A stretch of DNA of 55,232 nt from a virus (lineage: Duplodnaviria; Caudoviricetes), in IMG/VR virus record IMGVR_UViG_3300011440_000024, positions 1 through 55,232 of that record. The stretch is one strand, 5' to 3'. The notes under the pieces are model-generated. The model did not search any database. It had not been told where the DNA came from and saw only the letters and a program-made list of their open reading frames with translations. Below, piece after piece: positions 10,396-20,864 of this stretch; within the stretch, counting starts at the first letter, position 1, and the number at the start of each line of letters is the position of its first letter. Made by a program: the position numbers and the translations under genes.

Positions 10396-11102
10396 TGGCA
10401 GTAACACGTTCAGGTGCGTTCATTGGTGCTTACGGTACTCAGGCTGCTGGTTCTATTACCTTTGAATGGGTGCCTGATCCTATTGTATTCAGTGAGAAGA
10501 TTCTGGACGTTAAAGACGCACTTGAAGATCGTACTATCCCTCTACTTCTCTCCAAAGGAATCATTCAAAGAGATATCGAATCTAACTTTGAAGGAGAACA
10601 TGATCCACAAGGACAACCGTGGAAACCTTGGACTAGTGGCTTTCAAACCGATTCCGATGGTAGACGTAGAAGGAAAGTATATGAAGACCCGGCAACGGGT
10701 GCAGTAACATCAGAGAGAGGTTATGCAGAGAATCTACCTGATGGACACAGCGGTAAGATTCTCAATTGGAGAGGTATCCTAAAAGAAGCAGCTACGAGTG
10801 ATGCGGCCTTTGTCCAAGTTTCGGGGCAGAGCGTTAATGACGACTCATTATTTTTCGATACAGGTGGACTTCCTCCATATTGGGAATGGCATCAAGAAGG
10901 TGTAGACTATCGTACTCCTGGTGGTGAACTACCTCAACGTAGATTCCTTGGTATGTCTGATGAAGCTGAACTTCAGATTCTTGAAGTGTTTGATGGTTGG
11001 TTCCAAGGTATTGTGGAAGCAGCTACATCGTCAAGAGGAAGAACTTTTGCTCGTTGGCGTGATCCATCTACAGGACGATTCACTAAGAATCCTAATGCGT
11101 AA
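10395..11102 (+). CDS. Virion morphogenesis / tail completion protein (Mu gpG-like)
   Basis: F..E.DP.G.PW.P and HQEG...LPQRRFLG motifs. Confidence 0.75.
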   Translation: MAVTRSGAFIGAYGTQAAGSITFEWVPDPIVFSEKILDVKDALEDRTIPLLLSKGIIQRDIESNFEGEHDPQGQPWKPWTSGFQTDSDGRRRRKVYEDPATGAVTSERGYAENLPDGHSGKILNWRGILKEAATSDAAFVQVSGQSVNDDSLFFDTGGLPPYWEWHQEGVDYRTPGGELPQRRFLGMSDEAELQILEVFDGWFQGIVEAATSSRGRTFARWRDPSTGRFTKNPNA

Positions 11103-11117
11103 GTATGACGTATACTA

Positions 11118-11591
11118 ATGCCACAGGACTATCACGATATCACACAGGTATTAGACTATCTCCATGATCGTATCGACAACAATAAAACCGCACTCTCACT
11201 TAAACATATTACCTATGGAGATGAACAGCTACTACCTGAATATCCCGCACTTGTTCTTACAGCCGAAAGACCAACAAGAACACGACAGCATGCAACTCGA
11301 CAATGGCACAGAGAGTTCTTCTGTGATATGTGGTTGTTCCATGCAAACCTCAGCCGAAGTCGAAGAGTAAGAACAAAAGAAGATATCCAAATGGCGAGGA
11401 AGTTAGAGAGATTCCTCAATGCAGATAGAACTCTTGATGGTCATATCATCTTTGGGTTCGTTACAGATTTACAGCCTATCGTGATTGGTCGAGTTACTTC
11501 AACAAAAGGTAATGCTGTTATTGCAACTCGGCTATCATGGCAAGGAGAGAATCGAGTGTTGTGGTCAGATGAAGAACAATGGAATTCATAG
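11118..11591 (+). CDS. Tail terminator-like protein
   Basis: Position and YPA...DRTLDG pattern. Confidence 0.55.
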   Translation: MPQDYHDITQVLDYLHDRIDNNKTALSLKHITYGDEQLLPEYPALVLTAERPTRTRQHATRQWHREFFCDMWLFHANLSRSRRVRTKEDIQMARKLERFLNADRTLDGHIIFGFVTDLQPIVIGRVTSTKGNAVIATRLSWQGENRVLWSDEEQWNS

Positions 11592-11607
11592 GAGGTAGGA
11601 GGGAGGA

Positions 11608-11910
11608 ATGACTCTAACTGTCGAAATCAAGCATCCTGCTTTTGAGGATGATGTAGATTTAGATGTTGCTGGTATTCTTGTAAAGAACAACAGTTCAGTA
11701 GAACTTACTGAAGATCAGGAGAGACTTCTTGTAGCAAGGCGACAGAAGCCTGCTAGAGAAACTCTTGAAGCAGCTACATTCGTTACAGTAAAAGGTACGT
11801 CTCTTCTTTCAAAGAAGGACATTGATGAGATTCTGCCTACCTTTGCTGATGCTGAATCAGTTGAGGAAACTACTAACGATGATGAGATTGTAGAAGGGAG
11901 TGAAGCCTAA
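11608..11910 (+). CDS. Hypothetical protein (neck/tail region)
   Basis: ORF with strong RBS. Confidence 0.5.
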   Translation: MTLTVEIKHPAFEDDVDLDVAGILVKNNSSVELTEDQERLLVARRQKPARETLEAATFVTVKGTSLLSKKDIDEILPTFADAESVEETTNDDEIVEGSEA

Positions 11911-12899
11911 TGCCAGCAGGTTTGGGCGGTGGTGGTAGTGTAGGACTTGCCTTTGAAACTACAATGGGCACCTACGTCGCACCTGCCGTCTATGTCCCCA
12001 TTCTCGATGAGGACTTTATTTATACGGAATCGAAATACTATTCGGAGCAGATTAGGCAACAGTCGATTGTCTCCGATGTAAAGTCATCGTACTATCATAT
12101 CGAGGGTCCAATTACTATGGAAGCCGATCCTCGATTCCTTCCATACTTCCTCTACGCATCACGTCACGCTATTACCAAAACTGGTGCAGGCCCATTTGAG
12201 TATAAGTTCGTTCCTTCTGCTGCTGGTAGTGCTAGTACAGCAGCATCGGGAGCGGTTCCTAGAACTCTGTCGATTACGATTGTTCGTAACGAAGTTGTAT
12301 TCGGTTATACCGGATGCGTCATGGGTAGCTTTGAATTTACAGTTGAGGAAGGTGTACTAAGAGTCACAATGGATGCTCTTGGTCTAGCTGAAGCTGTCCA
12401 GGCCAATCCCACAGAAACGTGGGTTGCATCCGATCTGCTTGGTGCCGATGCTCATAGAATCTATCTTGCTGCATCTGCTGCTACACCAACGTTTGGTGCC
12501 ATTGATGTTAACTTCAACGGATTTACATTCCGTGCTAATCACAATGCAGAAGCACAGAATAGAATTCACGCACAGCGTTCTGCTAGCTACATCAGTTATG
12601 GAATCACTGAAGCTGAGATTGAGTCGGAACTCGACTTCATTGATCGTACCGACTATGACAACATGGTCGCTAATACAACCAGGGCTATTAAGCTAGAGTC
12701 CACGAATGGAGGCGCAAACTTCGCTGCTGCAACTTCTGCCGTTCGTCTACAAGGTAACCGAGTTAGCTATGATGCATATGAGCCTAACCTAGAAGGAATG
12801 GGTGATCTCATTATGGCTGACTTCACAGGTCGTATTATCGGCGTTGCAGGTGGAGACGCATATCAGATCGAGGTTAAGTCTCCAACGAACGTTTCATAA
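11910..12899 (+). CDS. Major tail tube protein
   Basis: N-terminal GLAFETTMGT, YTGCVMGSFEF; precedes chaperones and tape measure. Confidence 0.85.
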   Translation: MPAGLGGGGSVGLAFETTMGTYVAPAVYVPILDEDFIYTESKYYSEQIRQQSIVSDVKSSYYHIEGPITMEADPRFLPYFLYASRHAITKTGAGPFEYKFVPSAAGSASTAASGAVPRTLSITIVRNEVVFGYTGCVMGSFEFTVEEGVLRVTMDALGLAEAVQANPTETWVASDLLGADAHRIYLAASAATPTFGAIDVNFNGFTFRANHNAEAQNRIHAQRSASYISYGITEAEIESELDFIDRTDYDNMVANTTRAIKLESTNGGANFAAATSAVRLQGNRVSYDAYEPNLEGMGDLIMADFTGRIIGVAGGDAYQIEVKSPTNVS

Positions 12900-12943
12900 T
12901 ACGCTTTTGTTCAAGCAAGACTACAGTTAGACAGGAGATAGAA

Positions 12944-13435
12944 ATGCCAAGAGCTACAATTGATACAGAAGAGACTTTCCGCTACGATCTTAAGACTCTT
13001 CCTGCCAATAATGGTGACATGGGTGGATACGTTATTCTGCGTCGTTTGACTTATCATCAGATGATGCAGCGTCGTGATATCGCTGCCAAGATTGGTTGGG
13101 AAGAACGTCGTGCTAGCAAAGGTAATAAAGGTAGTGGCAAAGAACAAGATACTATTAAGGCTATGATGGAAGTGATGAACGTAGCCACTATGGAGTATGA
13201 GTTCCGGCACAGTGTTGTTAGCCACAATCTTGAGAACGCTAGCGGTAGTCTCATCGACTTCACCAACCCCGAAACATATAAGAGTCTCGATCCTAGAATC
13301 GGTGCAGAGATCAATGGTTATATTGATGATCTGAACCAGGAGCTAAGTGATGACGAACTTGAAAATTTTCCAATTGCACCCAAGCCATCCTTTGGGGACG
13401 AGACGACGCTGATCTCTACTTCGGACGAGAGCTAG
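12944..13435 (+). CDS. Tail assembly chaperone (gpG-like)
   Basis: Between tail tube and tape measure; slippery heptamer near 3' end. Confidence 0.75.
   Translation: MPRATIDTEETFRYDLKTLPANNGDMGGYVILRRLTYHQMMQRRDIAAKIGWEERRASKGNKGSGKEQDTIKAMMEVMNVATMEYEFRHSVVSHNLENASGSLIDFTNPETYKSLDPRIGAEINGYIDDLNQELSDDELENFPIAPKPSFGDETTLISTSDES
13363..13369 (+). other. -1 programmed ribosomal frameshift site A AAT TTT
   Basis: X XXY YYZ heptamer in frame (GAA AAT TTT); -1 frame stays open to 13641. Confidence 0.75.
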
Positions 13436-13641
13436 TTCTCAAATGCATCGACTGGTTGAGAATAGCTCGGTTGTGTAGCGAGCTTCATATTCCACCTAGA
13501 GGTGGTGGGCTATTAGATCAGCCAGCCCACGAAGTTGTGCTGCTTGAAAAAATCTATGAAGCTAGTGACAAGCATCAGAAGAGAACAGAAGAACGCGACG
13601 CAAACCGTAAGAAGAATCGTGAAAGGCACAAGCCAGAGTAA
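13369..13641 (+). CDS. Frameshift extension of tail assembly chaperone (gpGT-like)
   Basis: Open -1 frame SNCTQAILWG...LHIPPRGGGLLDQP; no good RBS of its own. Confidence 0.7.
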   Translation, partial: SNCTQAILWGRDDADLYFGRELVLKCIDWLRIARLCSELHIPPRGGGLLDQPAHEVVLLEKIYEASDKHQKRTEERDANRKKNRERHKPE

Positions 13642-13657
13642 TGGTGAATAGATAGCA

Positions 13658-16600
13658 ATGGCGCTACGATTCGGAGAAATGGTACTTATCATTCGGACGC
13701 AAGATTTTGCGTCTCGTAACCTTGATCGTGTTTCCGCGAACCTGGGTAAACTATCTAAGTTCCAAGAACTGAATCGTCGTAAGTCAACTCTTGATCTGCG
13801 TCAAAGTAGACTTCTCAGCCGTATGGATACTACACGGCAAGAGCTTAGAGGTCTGCAACAGAAACTCAATCTAGAACATGAACTCTCTCGCGTTATTTCC
13901 GATAGAGAGTTAGCATCAAAACGATTAGCTGGATTACAAGCTGCATCTGCTGGTAGTGGTACATTACGTGGTGCCGGAGGTAGATTCACAAGTGCGGCTC
14001 CACAATTAGCTAGTGCAAGTCAATTGTTATCCGGTCTAAAAAGTCGTGAAGCTGATCTGTTAAAACAGCATGAATCGCTGCTTAAATCCTTAGCAGCAAC
14101 TTCGCCTACTCTTGCAAAGATGGGAACTGCACAGGCGACAGCACACGTTAACAAACTAACTAACTCCCTCGGGTTAATGGGGCAAGAGTTACGAATTGTC
14201 CAATCCGATATTGCTCATGTTGACGATGCTCTCAATAGGGTACGTTGGGAGAAAGTACATAGAGCAGGACAAACCGTATCACGTCTCGGTAGAGTTATGC
14301 AGCTTACGGGACTAATCGCCGCAGGGTCATTTGTGGCCGCAGGTAACGCCGCTGCGAACTTTGGACAGTCCGTAACTCTTGCCGCAACTCAGACACGCGA
14401 TCTTAATGCACCGTTGTCACAGGTAGCAGAGCGATCCACAAAACTGCAAGATGCTATTCTTAGCCAGATGCAGAAGTTTCCCGGCTCTGCTGAAAGTATG
14501 TCTAACGCTGCCTATGAGATTTTCTCATCACTTGATCTCGCTGATAAAGGACGTATCAAGTTCTGGCGCGGTTTACAGATTTTGGAGAAAGCTAACAAGG
14601 TTGCTGTCGCAGGTGGTATTGATCTAGACGATGCTATCAAAGGTCTTATTATCACCTTGAACAACTTTGACCCTGACCTTAACAATGTTAATGAGACTCT
14701 TGATACCATGTTCGATATTGTTCGTTTCGGTAACATCCGAGTATCGGACTTCACTCAGCTTATTACTAGAGTTGCAGCTACAGCCAAAGGTGTAGGCCAT
14801 ACACTAGAAGACTTGGCTGCACCTATCGCAATGCTCACAAGAGTCCTACCATCCGAGCGAGTCGGAACAGGACTATTCAGACTTGAAGAAGTATTCGCTA
14901 ATAGAGACTTCCAGCAAGGTTTCAAACTTATCAGCAAGGCTAGAGTTGGAGAAGGTCTAGACTTCCGCAAGGCTGGTGGTGGACTTATTCCGTTCCAACA
15001 GATTCTTGAGGATATCGTAAAGGTCTTCCCTGAACTTGAAGACGGAAGAATGGACGTTGCCGAATTCCTGAAGATGGTATCGTCGGCAGGTAAAACTGCA
15101 AGAACAGGTAAACCATCAGAAGGGCAGCTATTCACATCACAGGCAAGAAACGTTCTACGTCCACTTGTTCAGGATATGGACCAAGTACGAGAAATTCAGG
15201 GTCTGATTGCTGGTAACCAAAACGAGTTTAATAGAGCCTTTGAAGCAATGGCACGAACGCCAGCAGTACAGTGGAAAATTTTCCTCAATCAAATGAAGGC
15301 TGTTGCGCTTGAAATTGGGCGCGACGCACTACCTGCACTACTCTACCTTGCTGGTGGCATTCAGCGATTGATTGAATGGTTCCGTAATCTTGATCCTCAG
15401 TTGAAATCTAACATCATTAAGATCGGTGTATTCGCATCAGTAGCAACTCTTATCGGTGGCATTCTACTTTCCGTTGTCGGCGGACTTGTCTCACTTGTGG
15501 GCGCTATTGCACTTGTAAGCGGTGGTCTAGGAACTGCCGGGGGTGCAGGATTACTCGGACGTATGGCGCTGTTGCTAACTCTGTTGCGGACGTTGAGCCT
15601 CATCGGTGTTGTCACTATTACTATTAAACTGCTTATGGACAAGACTGGACTCAGTGATTTTGTTGAAGGTGCAATGGACAAGTTGGAGAAGTTCAGTGAC
15701 AAACCAGGTATGCGAGGTTTGCATGGAGTCATATCCACACTGAATGCTATTGACGAAGCTCTCGGTCTTGCAGAAGAAGAACCAAAGAAGGGATTGTTCA
15801 ATCCTAACTTCAAGTTGAACATTCCAACTAAGGAACTAAAAGCGTTTGAGAAGCAGTATAAGAGAGCTAGAGAAGGTCCATCTATTCAGGAAGTTCTTGC
15901 AGGCGCAAAGAAAGAGACACTTAAGACTGTTGCCGATGAACTTGGAATGTCTCTAGATGAGATTCGTAAGCAATTCGGTGCAACAGGTGAAGAAGCTGGT
16001 GGCATGGGTGATGCTATTTCACAGGCTGCACAACAAGCTGAACAGTCAATTGACCAAGCTGCTAGCAACATGACTAATATCTGGAATCAGTTTAGAGACG
16101 AGAACGTTAGAACATTTGGAGAGTTGTTCAGCGGTCCATTCTTCCAGTCTGAAACATGGTCACTTGCTAAAGAGTGGGACGTTAAGCCTACTATGGCTGA
16201 AATCAACAAAGACCTTCGGATGCAGATTCAGAATTTCCGAAAGTACCGCAACACACTGAATGCGATTTCTCAGCGCAAAGGTGTCTCTGCTGAACTCATG
16301 GCAGAATTGCGACAACTTGGTCCTGACGCTCTTGACAAACTAGAGGTACTTCGGAAAGCTGCACCTAAACAGTTCAACGCATTCGTTACATTGTGGCGAA
16401 CTAAGCAGGTCGAGATTGAAAGAGCAACGAAGATTGACTTCAACAAGCAGCTTAAGCAATGGTTCTCTTATGGTAAGAACATTGCGAAGAACATCATCCT
16501 CGGTCTACAAAGTTCCGACGTTGAACTCGATGCGGCATTCAAGAGATACATCACTACTAAGTTCCCCGGCATTGTTGAAGAAGCTAAGAAACAGGCAAGA

Positions 16601-16801
16601 GCAGAATTCAATCGTCAGAGTGCCGGTGGTCAAGCTTCCGGCGGTAACAAGACAGGAACAACTACTACAAAGGTTAACTCAGATAACAATACCGTTACAA
16701 TTACCATTACACCCAAGAAAGGTGAATCTAGTAAAGAGGCAGCACGACGAGCAGCATGGGAATTTTCTCGTTCAAAAGGAAGCGCGAGAGATAGGGATTA
16801 A
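13658..16801 (+). CDS. Tape measure protein
   Basis: 1047 aa, helical, Ala/Leu-rich with hydrophobic central segment; position. Confidence 0.9.
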   Translation: MALRFGEMVLIIRTQDFASRNLDRVSANLGKLSKFQELNRRKSTLDLRQSRLLSRMDTTRQELRGLQQKLNLEHELSRVISDRELASKRLAGLQAASAGSGTLRGAGGRFTSAAPQLASASQLLSGLKSREADLLKQHESLLKSLAATSPTLAKMGTAQATAHVNKLTNSLGLMGQELRIVQSDIAHVDDALNRVRWEKVHRAGQTVSRLGRVMQLTGLIAAGSFVAAGNAAANFGQSVTLAATQTRDLNAPLSQVAERSTKLQDAILSQMQKFPGSAESMSNAAYEIFSSLDLADKGRIKFWRGLQILEKANKVAVAGGIDLDDAIKGLIITLNNFDPDLNNVNETLDTMFDIVRFGNIRVSDFTQLITRVAATAKGVGHTLEDLAAPIAMLTRVLPSERVGTGLFRLEEVFANRDFQQGFKLISKARVGEGLDFRKAGGGLIPFQQILEDIVKVFPELEDGRMDVAEFLKMVSSAGKTARTGKPSEGQLFTSQARNVLRPLVQDMDQVREIQGLIAGNQNEFNRAFEAMARTPAVQWKIFLNQMKAVALEIGRDALPALLYLAGGIQRLIEWFRNLDPQLKSNIIKIGVFASVATLIGGILLSVVGGLVSLVGAIALVSGGLGTAGGAGLLGRMALLLTLLRTLSLIGVVTITIKLLMDKTGLSDFVEGAMDKLEKFSDKPGMRGLHGVISTLNAIDEALGLAEEEPKKGLFNPNFKLNIPTKELKAFEKQYKRAREGPSIQEVLAGAKKETLKTVADELGMSLDEIRKQFGATGEEAGGMGDAISQAAQQAEQSIDQAASNMTNIWNQFRDENVRTFGELFSGPFFQSETWSLAKEWDVKPTMAEINKDLRMQIQNFRKYRNTLNAISQRKGVSAELMAELRQLGPDALDKLEVLRKAAPKQFNAFVTLWRTKQVEIERATKIDFNKQLKQWFSYGKNIAKNIILGLQSSDVELDAAFKRYITTKFPGIVEEAKKQARAEFNRQSAGGQASGGNKTGTTTTKVNSDNNTVTITITPKKGESSKEAARRAAWEFSRSKGSARDRD

Positions 16802-16803
16802 TT

Positions 16804-17319
16804 ATGTCGCTTACGCTTGTACAAATTAGACCTGTAACAGGTAGCAATGTAACAATCAATACTGTAGATGGTTCAGGTAATCATCTTTATCCATTGCATG
16901 ATTTTGAGCCTGAGACTGATCTACCTGATACTGTACTTAAGAAGATGCAAGATGCAGGTGTGTGGCCTACCTTTGCTTACCCAGGCGCGATGACTATTAT
17001 TGCGACAGGTGAAGTATTAGGTCTTGGCGCCAGTGATTCAGCTATCTCAATTGATGCGATGACAAAGAGAGAAGCATTGCACGATGCATGTTTACCCGCA
17101 CTTACTGTCCCAGGGACTACTTACACTTCTCGTAAACATGGAACTTTGCGAGTACGCTACGATCACTGGTCACAGGATGGAGACGTAGATTTCCATTGCA
17201 TCTTATGTCGTATTCCTCTAAAAGCTCTAATGCCGGGACGACATCAATATTTCATTAACTTCAAATGCTTCTTACCCTTCTTTGTGGGAGTTACTAACGG
17301 CGCTGTACTACTACCGTAA
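16804..17319 (+). CDS. Distal tail protein
   Basis: Directly after tape measure; ends F.C..PFF. Confidence 0.6.
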   Translation: MSLTLVQIRPVTGSNVTINTVDGSGNHLYPLHDFEPETDLPDTVLKKMQDAGVWPTFAYPGAMTIIATGEVLGLGASDSAISIDAMTKREALHDACLPALTVPGTTYTSRKHGTLRVRYDHWSQDGDVDFHCILCRIPLKALMPGRHQYFINFKCFLPFFVGVTNGAVLLP

Positions 17320-17337
17320 CAAGCACAACAGGAGATC

Positions 17338-18561
17338 ATGGCTTACCAATCAGGAGAATGGGTAATTGAGTTTCGTGAGAATACCGCCGCAGCGAGATTA
17401 ACCGCATGGGTGAAACCTCCGAGACTTAAATGGACCATCCGTAATTCCGAGAAGGGCGAGATGACTTGTGAGTTGCCCATCGGAATGGAAGAGTACGATG
17501 GTTCTCCTATGAGTAGAGACGGTATTGTCCCTTGGCATACCGATTGGTATTTGTATCGAGGCAACACTTTACGTGATGCAGGTATCGTTACATCTATCAA
17601 TCTAGCTGACGATAGAGATAGTGTTCTTGTTGCAGGAATGAACTGGCTTGGCTATCTAGAACATCGGACATATCCGTTCGATCCTGAACAGTATGTCAAT
17701 GACCATGATTGGGCAAGCTGGCCTAAAATTTGGGGCGAAGGTGCTTCCACAGGTGTTGATCTTAGAATCATTGTGGAGGATATCCTAGAAGCAATGATTG
17801 AGGCAACTATCAGTCAGGGAGCTTTCACGATTTCTGCCGCTTTCTTTACTCCCCCATTCATCCTTGCGAATCGTAACACTGGTCTTATGGGTAGATACAA
17901 AATTTTGCCTGGTGACGAGACAACTATTTTCGATCATATCAAGAAGCTATCTGAAAACTCTGACGGATTTGAATTTGACGTTCTGCCACAAAATCTTGAG
18001 TTTAGGATGTACGTTCCTAACCGAGATCAAGGTACACCAGTCTATCGTTTCACTAAGAACGAAAGACTCATTGCTCTGGATTGGACTAACGAAGGACCAC
18101 TGGCAACAGTGACAACTATTCTTGGTACAGGAAGTAGCATAAAGCGCGGAGTAATTCGTACAGACTTTGAGAGTGTGGTTCGTTATAGATGGACGGATCG
18201 TGTTGCTAACGTAGGGCAAGTTGCATCACAAGCTGCGTTGGAGAAAGCAGCACAAGGCGAACAATTTGAAGATCGCTTCCCTCGTAAGAAAGCTGGCTTT
18301 AAGATTCACGATCCTGAACTACTAACTCCGAATTTCTGGACTGGTGGTAGACCACGATCATTACTTGGCAATCGCGTTCGTGTTAATCACGACTTTTTCT
18401 TCCATAGAGTTAATGCTGATTACCGTATTCAAGTAATCAACGTTGAAGTAGACGAGCATGGAAATGAATCAGTTGACTTTGAACCCGAAATGATTAACAC
18501 ACCTGAAACAAATCCCGCTTTTGGTGGTGGCGGTGGCGGTGGAGGATTTGAGTCATCGTGA
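17338..18561 (+). CDS. Minor tail / baseplate hub protein
   Basis: Position; GFEFDV and LGNRVRV patterns of siphovirus hub proteins. Confidence 0.65.
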   Translation: MAYQSGEWVIEFRENTAAARLTAWVKPPRLKWTIRNSEKGEMTCELPIGMEEYDGSPMSRDGIVPWHTDWYLYRGNTLRDAGIVTSINLADDRDSVLVAGMNWLGYLEHRTYPFDPEQYVNDHDWASWPKIWGEGASTGVDLRIIVEDILEAMIEATISQGAFTISAAFFTPPFILANRNTGLMGRYKILPGDETTIFDHIKKLSENSDGFEFDVLPQNLEFRMYVPNRDQGTPVYRFTKNERLIALDWTNEGPLATVTTILGTGSSIKRGVIRTDFESVVRYRWTDRVANVGQVASQAALEKAAQGEQFEDRFPRKKAGFKIHDPELLTPNFWTGGRPRSLLGNRVRVNHDFFFHRVNADYRIQVINVEVDEHGNESVDFEPEMINTPETNPAFGGGGGGGGFESS

Positions 18562-19196
18562 GCACTAGCAAACCTAAGAATATTCCACGCAAACGAAAAT
18601 TCGCTCCTGATCCTCCAACTCCTGAAACATATCTTTTGGAGCGTGTGGAATATCTTGAAAACGAAGTTCGATTGCTACGTCAAAATCTTCAGGTTCCTAC
18701 TGTTCATACATTTGATCGGTCGCAGTACATTGATGCAACGCAAGGTGAAATGTTTTGGGATCATAAGAACCAGCGTAGCTATGTATTCCATCACGATTAT
18801 TACAGACCTACGCAACCTCCTACTTATCATATCAAAGTTTTCCATGATGAGAAAGCTGTTACCGCTGGTGACGGGAAATTCAAATTTAAAATATCGAGAG
18901 ATATGGGTGGGTGGACACCGCCTGTCGGAGAACCATATCCTTCGTTCTATCTCTATGATGCAGAAGCCTATGTTACTACGGCTGGTTCTTGCACTATATC
19001 TCTTACCAATGATACTAAAGGCGTAGATATGTTGTCTAGTCCTTTGGTTATTACTTCTTTGAATGATACCGGAACAAGAGTTATTCATCCAACTAACAGT
19101 CTAGTTGATTGGGAAGATCATGTTTGGATCAATGTAGATTCTGCTGGCGGCATGGGTCTTGGTGTCATTCTAGTATTCAATCCGGTGCTTACCTGA
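18558..19196 (+). CDS. Minor tail protein
   Basis: N-terminal coiled coil LLERVEYLENEVRLL followed by beta domain. Confidence 0.55.
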   Translation: MSTSKPKNIPRKRKFAPDPPTPETYLLERVEYLENEVRLLRQNLQVPTVHTFDRSQYIDATQGEMFWDHKNQRSYVFHHDYYRPTQPPTYHIKVFHDEKAVTAGDGKFKFKISRDMGGWTPPVGEPYPSFYLYDAEAYVTTAGSCTISLTNDTKGVDMLSSPLVITSLNDTGTRVIHPTNSLVDWEDHVWINVDSAGGMGLGVILVFNPVLT

Positions 19197-19217
19197 AATT
19201 TGAAATAGTGAATTATA

Positions 19218-19862
19218 ATGGCTGATATTAGAGTTAGTCCTGCTGTAATTGACGATTTTGAAAGAGCCGACGAAAATCCAATTGCTTTGCCTTGGACAAA
19301 AAATTGGAGTGCCGGTGGTACGATAGCTTGCGAACTCTCTAGTGGCATTCTTCATAGTCCAGCTATCAACCCTGCAACATCAGGACAGAGTTTCTATTCC
19401 GCAGAATCTTATACTCAAGATGGTGGTTCAATTGTAGAAGCATGGGGTTTAGCATCTGGACAAATTCCACAAGCGGAAAGTACCCGTTTTGGCTTATGTG
19501 ATGATGCTGCCGGTATGAATGGTTACATCTGCCGTTGTGAGAATCCCGTTGGTGACAATCCTTGGACTATCCGCAAATATGTAAATGGTACAGCTAGTGA
19601 GATAGCACAAAATTCTAACTTTACTTTGCCCGAAGCAGGTGATTACTGTTTAATGCAGCTTACGGATACAGCAGTAAATTGCTATTACGCGCAGAACGGG
19701 GATACAGAGAATTGGACTCTAGTTGTATCAGCGGCAGACACAACATTTCGATCTAATCTCTTTCTACATTTTGGTGGTAATGGATCAAACCCAGGATGGG
19801 AAGCTGTAGGTGGGGGCAAAGAATTAGAACTGTCACAAATCTATCGTAGACCTGGTGAATAG
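19218..19862 (+). CDS. Putative receptor-binding/lectin-like tail protein
   Basis: DDFERAD...W motif and beta-rich sequence; ends IYRR. Confidence 0.5.
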   Translation: MADIRVSPAVIDDFERADENPIALPWTKNWSAGGTIACELSSGILHSPAINPATSGQSFYSAESYTQDGGSIVEAWGLASGQIPQAESTRFGLCDDAAGMNGYICRCENPVGDNPWTIRKYVNGTASEIAQNSNFTLPEAGDYCLMQLTDTAVNCYYAQNGDTENWTLVVSAADTTFRSNLFLHFGGNGSNPGWEAVGGGKELELSQIYRRPGE

Positions 19863-19865
19863 TGT

Positions 19866-20084
19866 ATGCAGAATAGTACCGATCCCCTCCTACAATGGCT
19901 ATCTAATGCAGGAGCACTCGGTATTCTTGCCGCCGCCTGTGTTGCATTTCTTAAGGGATGGATTGTTCCACGAGCAACATATGAGCGCGCACTTGCCGAG
20001 AAGGATCGTGCGTTGGAACTTGTTTACAAACAAGCTGATGTTGCACAGAAAGCTCTGGAAGCCGCAGAGAAATTCAAGCCATGA
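19866..20084 (+). CDS. Membrane protein (lysis cassette, holin-like)
   Basis: One TM segment then GWIVP and coiled coil. Confidence 0.55.
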   Translation: MQNSTDPLLQWLSNAGALGILAAACVAFLKGWIVPRATYERALAEKDRALELVYKQADVAQKALEAAEKFKP

Positions 20085-20254
20085 GAAATTGGGTGAAACG
20101 ATTACTTGGACGTGAGGGCAAAGAGAACTCAGTACGTATACAGGGGGAACTAGATGCTATGGAAGAAAAAGTTAAACGATACGAAATGCGCGTCGAACAT
20201 CTAAGACGTGAGAGAGCATTGTACGATCAGAGACGTAAGAGGATAGTCGAGTGA
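20081..20254 (+). CDS. Small coiled-coil protein (57 aa, not in ORF track)
   Basis: ATGA/GTGA overlaps with both neighbours; MRNWVKRLLGREGK... Confidence 0.6.
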   Translation: MRNWVKRLLGREGKENSVRIQGELDAMEEKVKRYEMRVEHLRRERALYDQRRKRIVE

Positions 20255-20670
20255 TTGCCTTCCATAACTCTCTAATCGAAATCCCCGAATGGGGTACGAT
20301 TACTCTCATTGAAGTCCTGTGGTTGGCTTCGGGATTAATGGCACTCGCCTTCGCCTCTCTACGCATACGCCCATTGTGGATAGATTATGAACTTACCAAA
20401 CGTCTTGGTGATGCAGACTTGTATATTATCGCGCGAGGTTATTTACGCCGCGAAGCCCTCCGTATAGTGACAGCATTGGCTATTACATTCATCGGTGCCT
20501 ACTCCGTACTAACTAATCCTGCATTTTCTGGCCCTGCGAGAGTCAGCGTAGGAGGCTTACTTGTAACTGCAAGTCTGTTCGTCGTTTCCCTCATAGTCTC
20601 GATGAATAGTATTCTCGATTGGCATGACCGAGTTCGCACTATGGAGATAATTCGGAGGGGTATCAAATGA
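20251..20670 (+). CDS. Multi-pass membrane protein (lysis cassette)
   Basis: Three hydrophobic segments. Confidence 0.55.
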   Translation: MIAFHNSLIEIPEWGTITLIEVLWLASGLMALAFASLRIRPLWIDYELTKRLGDADLYIIARGYLRREALRIVTALAITFIGAYSVLTNPAFSGPARVSVGGLLVTASLFVVSLIVSMNSILDWHDRVRTMEIIRRGIK

Positions 20671-20864
20671 TGGACTTTATAGCTATAATCATTTTGATTG
20701 CAGTATTGATAGTAGTTTGGCGACAGATAGCAGAACAACTTAATAGTATCCATGTTCTTGTCAATTCTAATCTAGCCAAGGTGAGTGCTGATCTAGAAAT
20801 TGCTCTTGATCGTATTCGCATACTAGAAAAGATTTTGACGAATAAGAATACGGAAAATGAATAA
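20667..20864 (+). CDS. Membrane protein (holin-like)
   Basis: N-terminal TM, IHVLVNS motif, coiled coil. Confidence 0.55.
   Translation: MMDFIAIIILIAVLIVVWRQIAEQLNSIHVLVNSNLAKVSADLEIALDRIRILEKILTNKNTENE

Noticed and set aside
4897-11102. Mu-like transposable phage
   Set aside because: Head genes resemble Mu families, but there is no DDE transposase and the phage encodes its own polymerase and primase.
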